The translations under genes and the position numbers were made by a program. A stretch of DNA of 64,000 bases from assembly GCA_004431415.1 (NCBI GenBank), contig QPMI01000103.1, positions 124,001-188,000 on the forward strand. Direction: 5' to 3'. The notes below the pieces were generated by a model. The model was not told where the DNA came from. It saw nothing but the letters and a program-made list of their open reading frames with translations, and did not search any database. Numbering within the stretch: the first letter of the stretch is position 1; every line of letters begins with the position of its first letter. The stretch comes from Cyanophora paradoxa CCMP329 (taxonomy: Eukaryota; Plantae; Glaucophyta). Positions 25,501 through 37,251 of the stretch are shown here, piece after piece.

Positions 25501-28500
25501 TAATATTTTGTTTTCTCGTGCGCGATCACGATCGCAGCCGAGCGCCGGCCGCGGCCGCGGTTACGATTTCCGGGCGCGCGCCGATAGCTGAGCTTGTCGG
25601 CTGTTTTGCACTGACGGCTTGCACAAATCTTCGTCTACGCTTACGCGCATACGACGTTTTATGCTTGGCCTCACGTGCTTTTTCTTCGCCGAAAAGCTCG
25701 CATGAATTATATATAGATCACGAGAGTATTGTTTCTCTACCTACTTCTATGACGTGATCTATTCTGCCACGCGTACGACGGCTACTGCCACTCGGCGGGC
25801 TAGTTTCTATTCTATTATTAATTCGCGACTATATTGCTGCGTGCATATATCGTGTTCGGCAGTCGCGGGGAGCACGGTTTTGCGGCGCAGAACCGGAGAG
25901 AACCTTCCACCGTGTTGGGATCACGGTTTATCAGTTCTCTCAAGCCGAGGATACCGGCGGATGCTTCCCCAGGGGTCCACATCAAGTGCTTTTTTCTGAC
26001 GAGCTACTGCGAGTCTACAATTGCTGTACCCCTCTGGGTTAGTGCCCGATTTGAGGGGCAATCTGGCCCAGGCCTCTCACGTGGTCGGCCGCAGCCTTCA
26101 CGTGATTCGGAGGCGGGGTACAGCGACCGCTGGTAAGTACAGCGGTTTGAGACGGAGGCAGGAAATAGTTGGTGGGCCGGCGGGCTTCGCCCGCCGTGCA
26201 CAAACCAGACCAAGGCCAGGCCTCAAGCAGCAGCAGCAGCTCAGCAAGTAAAAGAAGCTTTTAAGCTGAAGCACTCGATAGTACTTGTGGAACTATCGGG
26301 GGGCAGCATCATGGCAAGCGTATGGCGAGCCTGTGCGTGCTCACGATCAGTCGCTATAGCCATCTTAATAAAAACTTAAATTTAATAGTCACTGATCATC
26401 GGATCGATATATCGATGTCGCTCATCATGTGACAACGGATATGTATATTCCGAGATCGGAATCCGGGACTGCCGCGTTGACCGCGGCTGAAGCTTACGCT
26501 CGATGTATCGTAGAAAGTCCAACCTCGCGATCGAGCTCGCGATCGCACGTCAACGTCGCGAGCTCGAGACTGCGCATGCCGCCGTGCAGCTTGTCGCGAC
26601 TCGCGAGAGAGTTCACCGGCTGCATCTTTCGAGTTCGTGCGCCAGCTTCATTAGGAGCTTAAACAGAATCCGGCAACGCCCGTTCAATTCCGAAATTTTT
26701 AGTTCGAACGTTAACCCCCGCACGCGAACGCGGGCGATCTGATGCACGTGGCCGCAGTGGCCACTGGGGCACGGGGGCTCGTTGAGATCACGGTATTCCC
26801 CCCGTCGTAATTCATGATTGTGAGCGATACCATCGTTTTTGTTGCAACGTTCTAATTATAAGTTGACGTCGCCACGGGCGCTCGACACCATGTGGGCTCA
26901 TCATAGCATCGATGTTGCGAGAACTAGATCTAGAGCCCTCGGAGGGCAGGCACTCTAGATCTGCCGCTCCGCGGCCGATCTCGCTCATCGGGGTCGGAGT
27001 ATCGATATCGACATCATAGTATCGATAACGTAGAATCGATATCGATGCAGATCTAGATGGATTGCAATAGCGCAATTGCGCCGGCGCAGTGTACGTGTTC
27101 ATTTTCGTCGGACGGGGGTGCAATTAATGTTGCCGTGCGTGTTTGCATCGTTGGCAATTGGCTCAGTACCAGGCCCCGCGGTCGGGCCCTGATCATGATC
27201 ATGAGGGATTGGGTGCACACGTGCCGCCGGGCCGGCGTGGCCGCGCGAAAGACTCCGGGCAATTGCAATTGCAAGCATACTCAATATGACCGTCGGACCG
27301 AAATCATATACTATGATATGCGCGCGTTACTATAATTAATGCAGTGTATGATCATGTGCATAGGCATGAATTACCGCCGGGCCGGGGTCAATCGGCCAAG
27401 GCTTCCAAGATCACGCCGCAACGCCGTGACGCGCGCTGCGGCACGTCCGTGATCCTAGAGTCCGACGGTCCTGATGCAAGCTCACGCCGGCGCCGTCTGA
27501 GCTTGATTTCGACGCGTACGGCCGCCGGCCGCGGGCGCTTGATCATGAATTGTTGCCCGGAGGCTATATACAAATATATAGCTATATATATGACGTACGT
27601 ATACGTTGACGTCCGATCGCGATCCGAAAACAGCCTGGCAGCTCAATTTGCCGCGGCCGGCGTCCACGTCGCGTCGACGTACGCGTCGGATTACGACGGC
27701 CCCGGCCCTCCCAAGCTGAAGGGAGGACGTGCGCCGCCGGGCCGTGCAATTTTTGCAAGGGACGATCGCGAGATCGCCGGTTCGCGTTCGAATTCAGAAA
27801 TTGCATGTAATTATATAAATTGCCATAAGAGAGAGACTGAGGTCTCAAGGGCCGGGCCGGGGCCCGGCCCCGCCCGGGGCCGGGGGGCGCGAAGCTGTTA
27901 ATCGATTGCAAGATCTAGAGTCTAGATCCGGGTACTGCTGACGTGCCGACGCTGGTACGGGTATGCGCGCGCGCATGTGTCGGCGCATGTGTCTTATTCG
28001 ATGATATCGATCTGGACGATCAATGATCATGATTGCGATCGTATTGCGAGCAAGTTCGAGTGCTGCGCATGCGGCGCGCGATTCTGAATAAATTTTTGAT
28101 CATATTGCGCATGCGGCGCGCGATCGCACAATTGATCCTATTTGATCATGAATGGTTGATCATGATCATCGGATCGCACGCGAAGCTGATCATGAGTCAA
28201 GTCGACTCGGATCCGAACATCGGAATCCCGCGCCGCGCGCTCCTGTGTGCAGCGCACGTGTACCGCGGCAGTGCCATGGCCAGGTGTGCGGATCGTGGGG
28301 TCACTTCAAGATAGAGTGCATGTGTATGTATACGTATGCGCCACCGAAATTAAACCGCGGACCCGGGATCTGCTGACATAATCTAGATCTGCTGACCGCG
28401 CGCGGCGGGGTGCACGTGGACGCACTGTCACGCACACACTCGGCGGCAGAGCCGGTGTACATGTGCGCACCAAGCCCGCCGCGGCGCGGCGCGGCCGCCG

Positions 28501-31500
28501 GGCGTGCCGCACTGCAGCCGCACTGCGGCAGTGCAGACGTCGACTGCAGCTGTACGCGTGGAAAGCCTAGGGTGTCACGTGTGGTAAAAAATAGTTGCAC
28601 GTGGCCCAGAGCACGCGGCTGCCAGGCCGCCGGCGCCGGGCTGGCCACATGCACTGACCGCCATCGGTTACTAGTACCGGCTAGTGCTCAGCGGCTAAAG
28701 CTAGCGCTAGCGCTCGCGATCGCCCGGCGCCGCGCCGGCCGAAAGGAGCTCGAAGAAAAAAATATATTTTTTTTGGTGACGCTGCATGCGCATATGCACA
28801 TGCGTCCGGAGTCCGGATGGACGGAAAGTTGACTCGAGCTCGCAATCATATGCATGATCATGAATTCGAATATATACGAGAGCCGCGGCGGCCGGCCGCG
28901 CGCGGTGGGCGCGCGGCCTCGCCTAAGTTAACGTTCACGTCCGCGAGTTCGGCGTGCTCAGCGACCGTCGGACGGCTTGTCGGCCGGTACATGCATATAA
29001 TAATAATGGGGGCTCGGCAGCCTCGGCGGCTCCGAGGCTCACTAGATCTAGATCTGTTGCAAGTGCCAGATCTAGAACTTGTGGGCGTACTGCGGCGCTT
29101 ATATATAGTGGACAGCGATGTCGGGGGAGGGCAAGCCCGCAGGGTGCGCCCGCAGACCAGGCTATAGGTTCGCTGCGCGCGCACCCCTGCCGCATGCGCA
29201 GCCGTGCGAGAGCTAGGGTCAACAAGCCTTTGTATTGTAGAGCTCAGAAGCACGTACGCCTGCCACCAAGGCAGGCAAGGCGGAGGTGGCGCGGCGGGCC
29301 ACCTGGCCCAGGGGCTGCAAGGGAGAGGCGGCCACTAGTGCCGCCTCTTGGCCGCCCCGCGAGGCTGCGCCTGCGCCGCGGCGCTGGGCGCGCCGCCAAG
29401 AAGAGCCGCCGCAGCCGCCCCGCACTCTAAGACTGCGGGGTATATGTCAGGCGAGGCTGTGCCTGCGTCACGGGACGGGGGGGCGCGCACCCAGAAGCCC
29501 TTCGGCCGCTGCGCAGTCTGCAACTGCGGGGGGGGGGGGGGGGGGGGGGCCGCGTCAGGCGCGGCTTGCGCCGAAGAGGAGAGAGGGGCGCACCAAGCGG
29601 GTCGCCCCGGGCCGCCCCGCAGTTCGAAAACTGCAGGGGGCCGCGTCAGGCGCAGCTGCGCCTGCGCCGAAGAGGAGAGCGGGGTGCGCGCTGAGCGGGT
29701 CGCTCCGGGCTGCCCCGCAGTTCGAAACTGCGGGGGGGCCGCGTCAGGCGCGGCTTGCGCCGAAGAGGAGAGAGGGGCGCACCAAGCGGGTCGCCCCGGG
29801 CCGCCCCGCAGTTCGAAAACTGCAGGGGGCCGCGTCAGGCGCAGCTGCGCCTGCGCCGAAGAGGAGAGAGGGGCGCGCGCTGAGCGGGTCGCTCCGGGCT
29901 GCCCCGCAGTTCGAAACTGCGGGGGGGCCGCGTCAGGCGCGGCTTGCGCCGAAGAGGAGAGAGGGGCGCACCAAGCTGGTCGCCCCGGGCCGCCCCGCAG
30001 TTCGAAACTGCGGGGGCCGCGTCAGGCGCAGCTGCGCCTGCGCCGAAGGAGAGAGAGGGGCGTGCGCCGAAAGGGTCGCCCCGGGCCGCCCGGGCCCCGC
30101 CCCCCCCGTTCGTAAAACTGCGGGGGGGCCGCGTCGGGCGCGGCTTGCGCCGAAGAGGAGAGAGGGGCGCACCAAGCGGGTCGCCCCGGGCCGCGCCGCA
30201 GTCTGAAACTGCGGGGGCCGCGTCAGGCGAGGCAGCGCCTGCGCCGAGAGAGGAGAGGGGGGGAGCACCAAGAAGGTTCCCCCCGGGCCGCTCCGCAGCC
30301 GGAAACTGCGGGGGCCACCTCAGAGAGAGAGCGGGGCGCACCAAGAGGGGCCACCCCGGGCCGCTCCGCAGTCTGACATTGCGAGGGCCGCGTCAGGCGC
30401 GGCTGCGCCTGCGCCGAGAGAGGAGAGGGGAGGCGCACCAAGAAGGTTCGCCCCGGGCCGCTCCGCAGTCTGAAACTGCGGGGGCCACGTCAGGCGAGGC
30501 AGCGCCTGCGCCGAGAGAGGAGAGGGGGGGGAGCACCAAGAAGGTTCCCCCCGGGCCGCTCCGCAGCCGGAAACTGCGGGGGCCACCTCAGAGAGAGAGC
30601 GGGGCGCACCAAGAGGGGCCACCCCGGGCCGCTCCGCAGTCTGACATTGCGAGGGCCGCGTCAGGCGAGGCAGCGCCTGCGCCGAGAGAGGAGAGGGGAG
30701 GCGCGCTAAGAAGGTTCGCCCCGGGCCGCTCCGCAGTCCGAAACTGCGGGGGCCACCTCAGAGAGAGAGAGAGACCGGGGCGCACCAAGAGGGGCCACCT
30801 CAGGCCACTCCGCAGTCTGAGACTGCTGGGGCCGCGTCAGGCGCGGCAGCGCCTGCGCCAAAGCGAGAGGGGGGGCGCGCACGAGAAGGGACGCCCCAGG
30901 CCGCTCCGCAGTCCGAAACTGCGGGGGCCACCTCAGAGAGAGAGAGCGGGGCGCACCAAGAGGGGCCGCCTCAGGCCACTCCGCAGTCTGAGACTGCGGG
31001 GGCCGCGTCAGGCGCGGCTGCGCCTGCGCCGAAGCGAGAGGGGGGGCGCGTACCCGAGGGCTCGCTGAAGGCCGTCCGGCCGCCAGGATGCGGGCTGAGC
31101 CCGGAATTCATCTGAGCGGGGCACAGGTGAGCGCACCCTCAAGCCTGGCTTTCTAGACAGCTGATCGCCCGAACGCGCCCAGTTTGCTGCGTTCAGAATG
31201 TGAGCTGAGCTCAGTGAAGGCAGGGGCGTCGCGGGCGCACCGCGGGCAGGCCAGACTGGCTCGACGGCTGCCGCCGGAGCGGGCTCGACGGCTGGCGCCG
31301 GAGCAGGCTCAACGGCTAGCGCCGGAGCATGGGAATTACTGTGGGATGCAGCCATCAATCGGCGCCCCAGAAATGGAGGGAAAGCGTCCGCAGCCGTATA
31401 GGCGCGCGCGTGCCGGCAGGGAGGCCAGGCAAAACGGGAGGGGCTCTGGGCTGCAGCCGCTATTCGGCGCCCCGGGCCGCTAATCGGCGCCCAACTCCGC

Positions 31501-32690
31501 GGGGAGAGGAGGTCGCAGCCGCGAGGGCGCGCTTGCGGAGGCGATCGGGCGAGCCGGGTGGCCGCCCGCGCCATGGCCTGCGGATCGAATTCCGTGAATC
31601 GAACGATCCAAATGCAGGTGGACTGCCTCACGAGGGCGCGCGCGCAGGGGGGGGAAATCGCGCCCTGTCACGAACGTCGGAGCCAGCGGCGGGTCCGTGA
31701 CGCCGTGATGAGTCGGCGCGATCTCTGCGCGATCGGCTAATCGTTAGAATCTCGTCATGACTAGAAGCCGCTGGGCCGACGATGGCGGCCGTCCGCGGCT
31801 CTCAAGCATCGCACGAGCGGGAAAACGCGAGGGCGTGGCTCCGGGAGGGGGAGCGCGGGCTGGCGCTTACGACCGATGCCGACGAAATGCCGTCGTTGCG
31901 CGGATCGGGTCGTGGGTGCGAGGTCGGGCGCCGTGATTGCAGACAAGTCTGCGGGCCGCCCAGGCCGCGCGAAGGCCCACTGACCTTTTCCGGACGCGGT
32001 GGCTTCGCCGACACCGTGGTCGAACGCCGAATTTGGCGCTGGGACGATCGTCCGATCGTCCCACGCCGCGTCCGCTCTGTGCTGCTGCTGCTGCGCGAGG
32101 CGATTCCTCGCACAGATCGTAGTAAAAGATTGAAGAACAAGGCGCGCCGCCCGCGAGCGGGGCGGGCGGCGCGCCTCAGACGGACTGGCGCTCTCAGAAG
32201 CGCCTTGCGTCAGTGATGCAATCAATGGCAGGCGGTACCCGTGGCGGCGTGTCGGACGGGTACGTCTCGCGTTCATAATTAATATTTTGTTTTCTCGTGC
32301 GCGATCACGATCGCAGCCGAGCGCCGGCCGCGGCCGCGGTTACGATTTCCGGGCGCGCGCCGATAGCTGAGCTTGTCGGCTGTTTTGCACTGACGGCTTG
32401 CACAAATCTTCGTCTACGCTTACGCGCATACGACGTAGCGCGGCGGGTTAGGTCCAACTCGGGCCGGGCCAGGCCCCGCCGGCCGGGCGCTGGCGACGCA
32501 TGCGCACTCAAGCTCATCGTGAATCGTGGCTGCGGGCCCGGGGCGGAAGTCCCGAGATGCCGAGGGGCCCACGGATTCTGCCTCACAGGGACGTATGTGA
32601 AATGGCCGAGGGGGCTCGCCTCGTACACGTTAGCTACCAAGCTCATCCTGCTGAAATACAGATCGCGGGCGTTGAAGATGTACTGCTGAA
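22540..32690 (-). CDS. Hypothetical multi-exon gene with an intron interrupted by the 8.8-kb split-repeat element (5' end not determined)
   Basis: Exons ~32690-32508, 23635-23473, 23372-23222 and further exons to the stop at 22540 splice in frame (...PRFTMSL|NPERLPQKAEEAQQLVQQAQAKLDAAKALFF...AKE|CSDTR...) once the element is removed. Confidence 0.6.
23651..24203. repeat. Split repeat B, terminal copy (553 bp)
   Basis: Identical by eye to 25655-26207 (offset 2004); the ORF track gives identical peptides. Confidence 0.95.
25313..26207. repeat. Internal fused A+B repeat (circle-junction copy)
   Basis: 25313-25657 matches 32092-32436 and 25655-26207 matches 23651-24203; the two overlap at cgt 25655-25657. 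Confidence 0.95.
29520..31060. repeat. Tandem array of ~17 GC-rich ~70-110 bp units, each bounded by inverted repeats
   Basis: Unit: aactgcgggg-gccgcgtcaggcgc...gccgaagaggagagaggggcgcaccaag...ccgggccg-ccccgcagtt. Alternating subtypes give a 189-bp higher-order repeat on the left. Confidence 0.92.
31259..31330. repeat. 24-bp tandem repeat x3
   Basis: gctcgacggctg(c/g)cgccggagc(g/a)g repeated three times with small variations. Confidence 0.8.
32092..32436. repeat. Split repeat A, terminal copy (345 bp)
   Basis: Identical by eye to 25313-25657 (offset 6779). Confidence 0.95.
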
Positions 32691-33783
32691 CTCCGAATTC
32701 GGAATACGTTGCCGTCTAGATCTGGGAGGCTCTAGATCTGGCAGGTTGATCCGATAATCAGCAGCTGGTGCAGAGCCTTAGCTGCTTAGCAACGCGGGAC
32801 GCCGCAGGTCAGCCAAGGCAGCCGGTGATGTACAGTGCCAGTACCCCTGCCACGATCCGGAACTCACGGAGCTCACGGATCCGGAGCTCACGGAGTTTTC
32901 AGTGCGCATGCGGAAAATTGCAGGAAATTGGCGGGAAGTTTTGTTTTCCGGCGGGACATTCATATGATGATCGGGAATCTCAATTTTTCGGTTCATGTGC
33001 ATGCGCACGCTGCGGTCACGACTCACGGGTCACGGCCCACTCACGGGTCGCCGGGTCTTCTCATGAGTCATGATCATGATCAGATTCTTCTAGATCTCTG
33101 TACGCATGGTTTGCATTTTGTATTGTCTGCACTGCGGCATGCACAGTTTCATCTGGTTTATCTTGAAATCAAACATTTGGCTGCCTCTGCGGTCTTTAAA
33201 GACCAAAATATCTGTCCCTGGCCATCATGGCAGGGCAACAACTTGTGCGCCCCTCCCAGGCTGGGCATGCGCAGCCTCAACTAGACGCCGTGAAGACATA
33301 GGTAGACGCAAATCCATACATTCACAAGAACGATAAGAATCCGAAGGGCACGCTGGCGGATATATACTGTGCTGGAGTACATGTACATGTACAGAGACGT
33401 CGACTGTGCATGTGCACGTGGTCGGTGATCAGACAGAAATTTCTAGATCGAGCCGCGCGCAGGTCACAAGAGGGCGTCCGTTATGTAGTGCCGAACGTGC
33501 CCGCCCCTGGAGAAACGATTGGTCCCGGCCGCGACGAGGAGCCGCGGCGCGCGGAGCAACGGGGCGACAAGTGTACCTGCTTTGAGTTCCGGGGCGAAAG
33601 CTGCGCGCCCCGGCCTCGCGGTCGAGCGGGGCCGGCCCCAGCTCCGGCGCCGAGTACCTTCGATTCGAACTGATGCGAGCCCGCGGTCAGCAATTGCAAG
33701 TTAAGCATCAAGCGGATCGGAACTCGAATTTCTCTGTCCTTGGGGTTGCAATTGGGCCCGGAGGAGGCCTAGGCCTAGGGCGC

Positions 33784-36010
33784 TCACCGCGAGTGCTTCC
33801 GCCTCCGATCGCTGCGGTGTCGATCGCCGGGCACCGCCACGGGGGCGCTCGCCGGCGTGCCGGGCCGCCCCCCCTCCAGCAGCCTCTCCCGCGCGGCGCG
33901 ATCAAATCCAGCCCCGACCTCCGCGTCCCCCGCCACCTGATAGTCCGCCTCGCCCTCCCCCGCTTCCTCGTCAGGCTCCCGCGGCTTCCGGAGCCGCATC
34001 TGCCGCAGATCGAATTCGAAGGAATTTCAGAGAAAAGGATCGAAATTCGGGACGGGGGGCGGACGAGGAGCCAGGCGAGGGCGAGGAGGGCCCCGACGGC
34101 GAGCACGCCCGCCACCGCCAGCGGCAGCGCCTGCCCCGCCCGAAATAAGCGGCGGGGACGCGTGCGGGGAGGAATCCGCCCGACTAAGTCACTGAGCGGC
34201 ACGGGCGCGCCTGGGGGCTCTCGGGGCGGCGGTCCGTGACGAGGCCGAGCGCGTAGTACATCGCTGCGGCGCGCGCCGGCGCTCCGATCAGAATCCAGTC
34301 GCGAGCCCCGCCGGGACGGGCTCGGATCGGAGGCGGGGCGGGGCGGGGCGGGGCGGGCCGGTGAGGCCGACGTTGGTGAAGGAGGCGGTGAGGCCGTAGG
34401 CGGTGCCGTAGAGGCGCGGCGGGGCCACGACGGCCAGCGAGGGCCACAGCGCCGCCGGCGCCACGCAGAAGCCCGCCCCGATCGCCTGCAGCGTGGATCA
34501 CGCGCAGGTTCGTACGTTGGAGCGGGGCCGCCTCCGAATCCGGCCGCACCGCGAGGAGGGGTCCCGGGGGCAGGGAGGTGAGGGCCAGGCCCAGGAAGCA
34601 GGGGACCAGCAGCGCCGCCGCCCCGAAGACTGGCGCGTACAAAGCACTGAACGCAACCCCGAAGCAGAGCGCAGAAATGAGGCGGACCGATGTGGGGGAT
34701 GTGGGTGGCGAAGCGGTCGACGGCGAGGCCCACGAGCGGCAGCGCCACCTGCGGGGCTCCGGATCCGGCCTCAGAAAGGGGCGAAGGAAAGGCGGGGCAG
34801 GGCCGGGGGCGGGCCATGGAGACGGTGGACATGAGGGAAGTCGTGCGCGCCGCCCCCTCCTGCCTCCCCGCGTCAGCCCCGGCGTGAGCTCGGGGCCGGG
34901 CGTAGACCTGGGAGTAGCCCCACTTGTTCTGGAGGAAATCGCTGGCCGAAGGAATTCGCAATTGAGCGGCCGTGGGGCGATGGGGCACGCGCAGGCGCGA
35001 GGAGGGACAAGAGAGGGGGGAGGGGGGAGGAGGCGCACGGGGTGAAGGCCTGGAAGGGGAAGAGGCACGAGTAGATGACGGCTGCGCAAGCGTCGAGCCA
35101 AGATCTAGCATCTAGAGGGGCGAGGGAGGAACGGCCCGGGCGGGACGCGGGGGGCGGGGGCGCACTGGTGGCGGCGGCGACGAGGTAGAACTCGGCGGAG
35201 AGCGAGCCCAGCGCCTGCGCCGGGAGGGCCCCCCTGAGGGCGGCCTACGGGGCCTATGGGGGGCCGAGGGGGACCTTGAGGATGTCGTGCGGCGTCTCGT
35301 GGGCCTCCGCCTCCGCCTCCCCCGCCTCCCCCGCCTCCGCCCCCTCGGGCCCCTCCGTCCCTTCGGCACCCGCCTCCCTCTGCGCGCGCCGGGGCTCGGG
35401 GGCGAGCGGGGGTACGCGTGCGGGAGGCGCAGGACGCCGGCGGGGGCGGGCGGACGCGGTCGGCGAGGGCGTCGAGGGCGCAGAAGGCCGCCATCGCCAG
35501 CACCGACGCCCAGCACAGGCCCGCCCCTGCCCGAACGTTAACGTTGGTGCCGCCCCCTCAGAACCAGGTGGGCGGGGCCGCCGCGCCGAGGGCGAGGACG
35601 CGGGGGTAGGAGCCGAGGGCGCCGGCGAGGGCCGGCGCCGTGTTGAACGAGAGCACGTCCCTGCCGATCGCCAGGGGTCAGGCCGAGCCGTGGCCGCGGG
35701 GCGAGCCCAGGCCGGGGCGCGCTGCGGAGATATCCGGACCCGAGGCGGCCGGCCTGGGTGGCGAGGGCGACGGCGGTGGCGAGGCCGCGCCCCAGGAACC
35801 ACTTCGCGTACGCCAGGTCCAGCGCCACTGCCCAGCCCCCTAAGTAAGATGGTGGAGGGGGGGGCCGGAGGAGGGGGAGGAACAAAATAATCCGCGGGGA
35901 GGGGGGGGAAAGAGGGGGGTAGGGGTGGAGGGGTACCGTAGAAGCTCTCCGAGCCGAGCCTGGGGACGGGACCCGAGGCTAAGGGCGCATAGACGGAAGA
36001 GGGGGGGTTG

Positions 36011-36041
<31 letters not shown>

Positions 36042-37148
36042 GCCACCCGTAGAGCATGCGGCCGGCGAGGAGGAGGCGGAAGTCCCTCGCGGCCGCCCCC
36101 GCAGCGACGACGGTGACGCCGGCCGCGACCAGCGTCGAGGTCGCCATGGCCCCCACCCGCACCCCCGCCCGGTCTGCCGCCCCGCCCGGTCTGCCGGCGA
36201 GAAGACAGGGGCGGGCGGGGCGGGGCGGGGCGGGGCGGGCGCACCGAGGAAGAGGCCCCCAAGCACTGGTTCAGAGAGATCACTAAGAGAGAGGGTCGAC
36301 CGGTCCGGCGAGATATCGATGCACCTGGCATAATCACGTTCGGGACCTGCGAGGGCGGCGCTCAGGGTGAGATGAGCGGGCGCGGGCGCGGGCAGCGCAC
36401 CTGGTAGCATGTGTAGAGGAGGCCAAAGTCGGCATTGGAGAGGCCTCCGAAGTCCTGCTTGATCGAGGAGGAGAGCGCCGCCACCACGTCTGCCCCCCGC
36501 CCCGGCCCGGGCCCGCTCATGATAACGCGCGCCCCCCGGCCCTCGCGGCATCAAATATCGATATCGAGCTCGAGCGAGGGCGCATCGCGCGCTCGATCGT
36601 GGGTTCCGCGCGTGCTGACGCTAAGTATAGCGTGCCGCGAACGCTAGCTGCAGCGCTGGCGGACGCGGTGGCGCTAGCGCTGGAGGGCGCGCGGCATGCG
36701 GGATATCGATCGGGCGCGCGCGAGCGTCGGGTTCGGGTTCGCGGCAGGCGCGATCTAGATCTCAGGTACCGTAAGAGTAGTAGAAGCTTGTCAGCGGGAT
36801 GCAGGTCAGAAAGAGGATGAGGTACCTTCGCGCGCCGCGCGCGCTTCATCAGTCGACGTCCGCCCTGGCCTGCAGCTGCAGCTGGCCAGGGCGCGTACCT
36901 GTACCACGCCCTGCTTTCGCGCGCGTGCAAATGCTGCAGATCATGAGTGCTCGCAACCTGCTTGCGCTTCTGCAGCTCCGGACTTGGGCTCCCGCCCTGT
37001 TGTCTGCGCGCGCGGAGAAAACGGTTGATCAGAGCCGGCCGAAGACGCGGCGCTGAGCGGCGCACGAAGCGCACCTTCTTTCGTCCTTCGACGCGAGGAG
37101 CGGCGTGCGCTCGCTCGCTCTTTCGCGCTCGCTCGCCGGCTGCGACAT
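33784..37148 (-). CDS. Major facilitator superfamily transporter, MFSD1-like (lysosomal/vacuolar), multi-exon
   Basis: MSQPASERERASERTPLL (ExxxLL sorting motif); RYLILFLTCIPLTSFYYSYD; FGLLYTCYQVPNVIMP; LLLAGRMLYG.LGSESFY; AKWFLGRGLATAVAL; ASDFLQNKWGYS; LPLVGLAVDRF. Confidence 0.82.
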
Positions 37149-37251
37149 CGTTGGTCGCGCGTACCCCGCCTGCGTCTCGCCCCCAGTCAGTCAAATTTTT
37201 GCAGCCGAATCCGCCGGGCCGGGCAGAATTGCGCAAGCGGGGGCGCGCGCG

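Larger units (their letters stand above)
23651..32436 (-). mobile_element. Non-autonomous split-direct-repeat retroelement (TOC1/PAT/Ngaro-like, tyrosine-recombinase class)
   Basis: 345-bp repeat A at 32092-32436 and 25313-25657; 553-bp repeat B at 25655-26207 and 23651-24203. Order on the minus strand is A1-body-B1-A2-spacer-B2. CGT is shared by both termini and the internal B/A junction. No RT/YR ORF seen. Orientation is inferred. Confidence 0.8.

Noticed and set aside
23651-26207. 553-bp direct repeats read as the LTRs of a 2.5-kb LTR element
   Set aside because: No TG...CA ends, TSD or PBS/PPT seen; the second repeat pair and the restored intron fit the larger split-repeat element.
29286-31068. 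Repetitive ORFs and a CRISPR-like appearance of the tandem array
   Set aside because: Units are homologous along their whole length with no unique spacers, no cas genes are present, and the ORFs are translations of the satellite.
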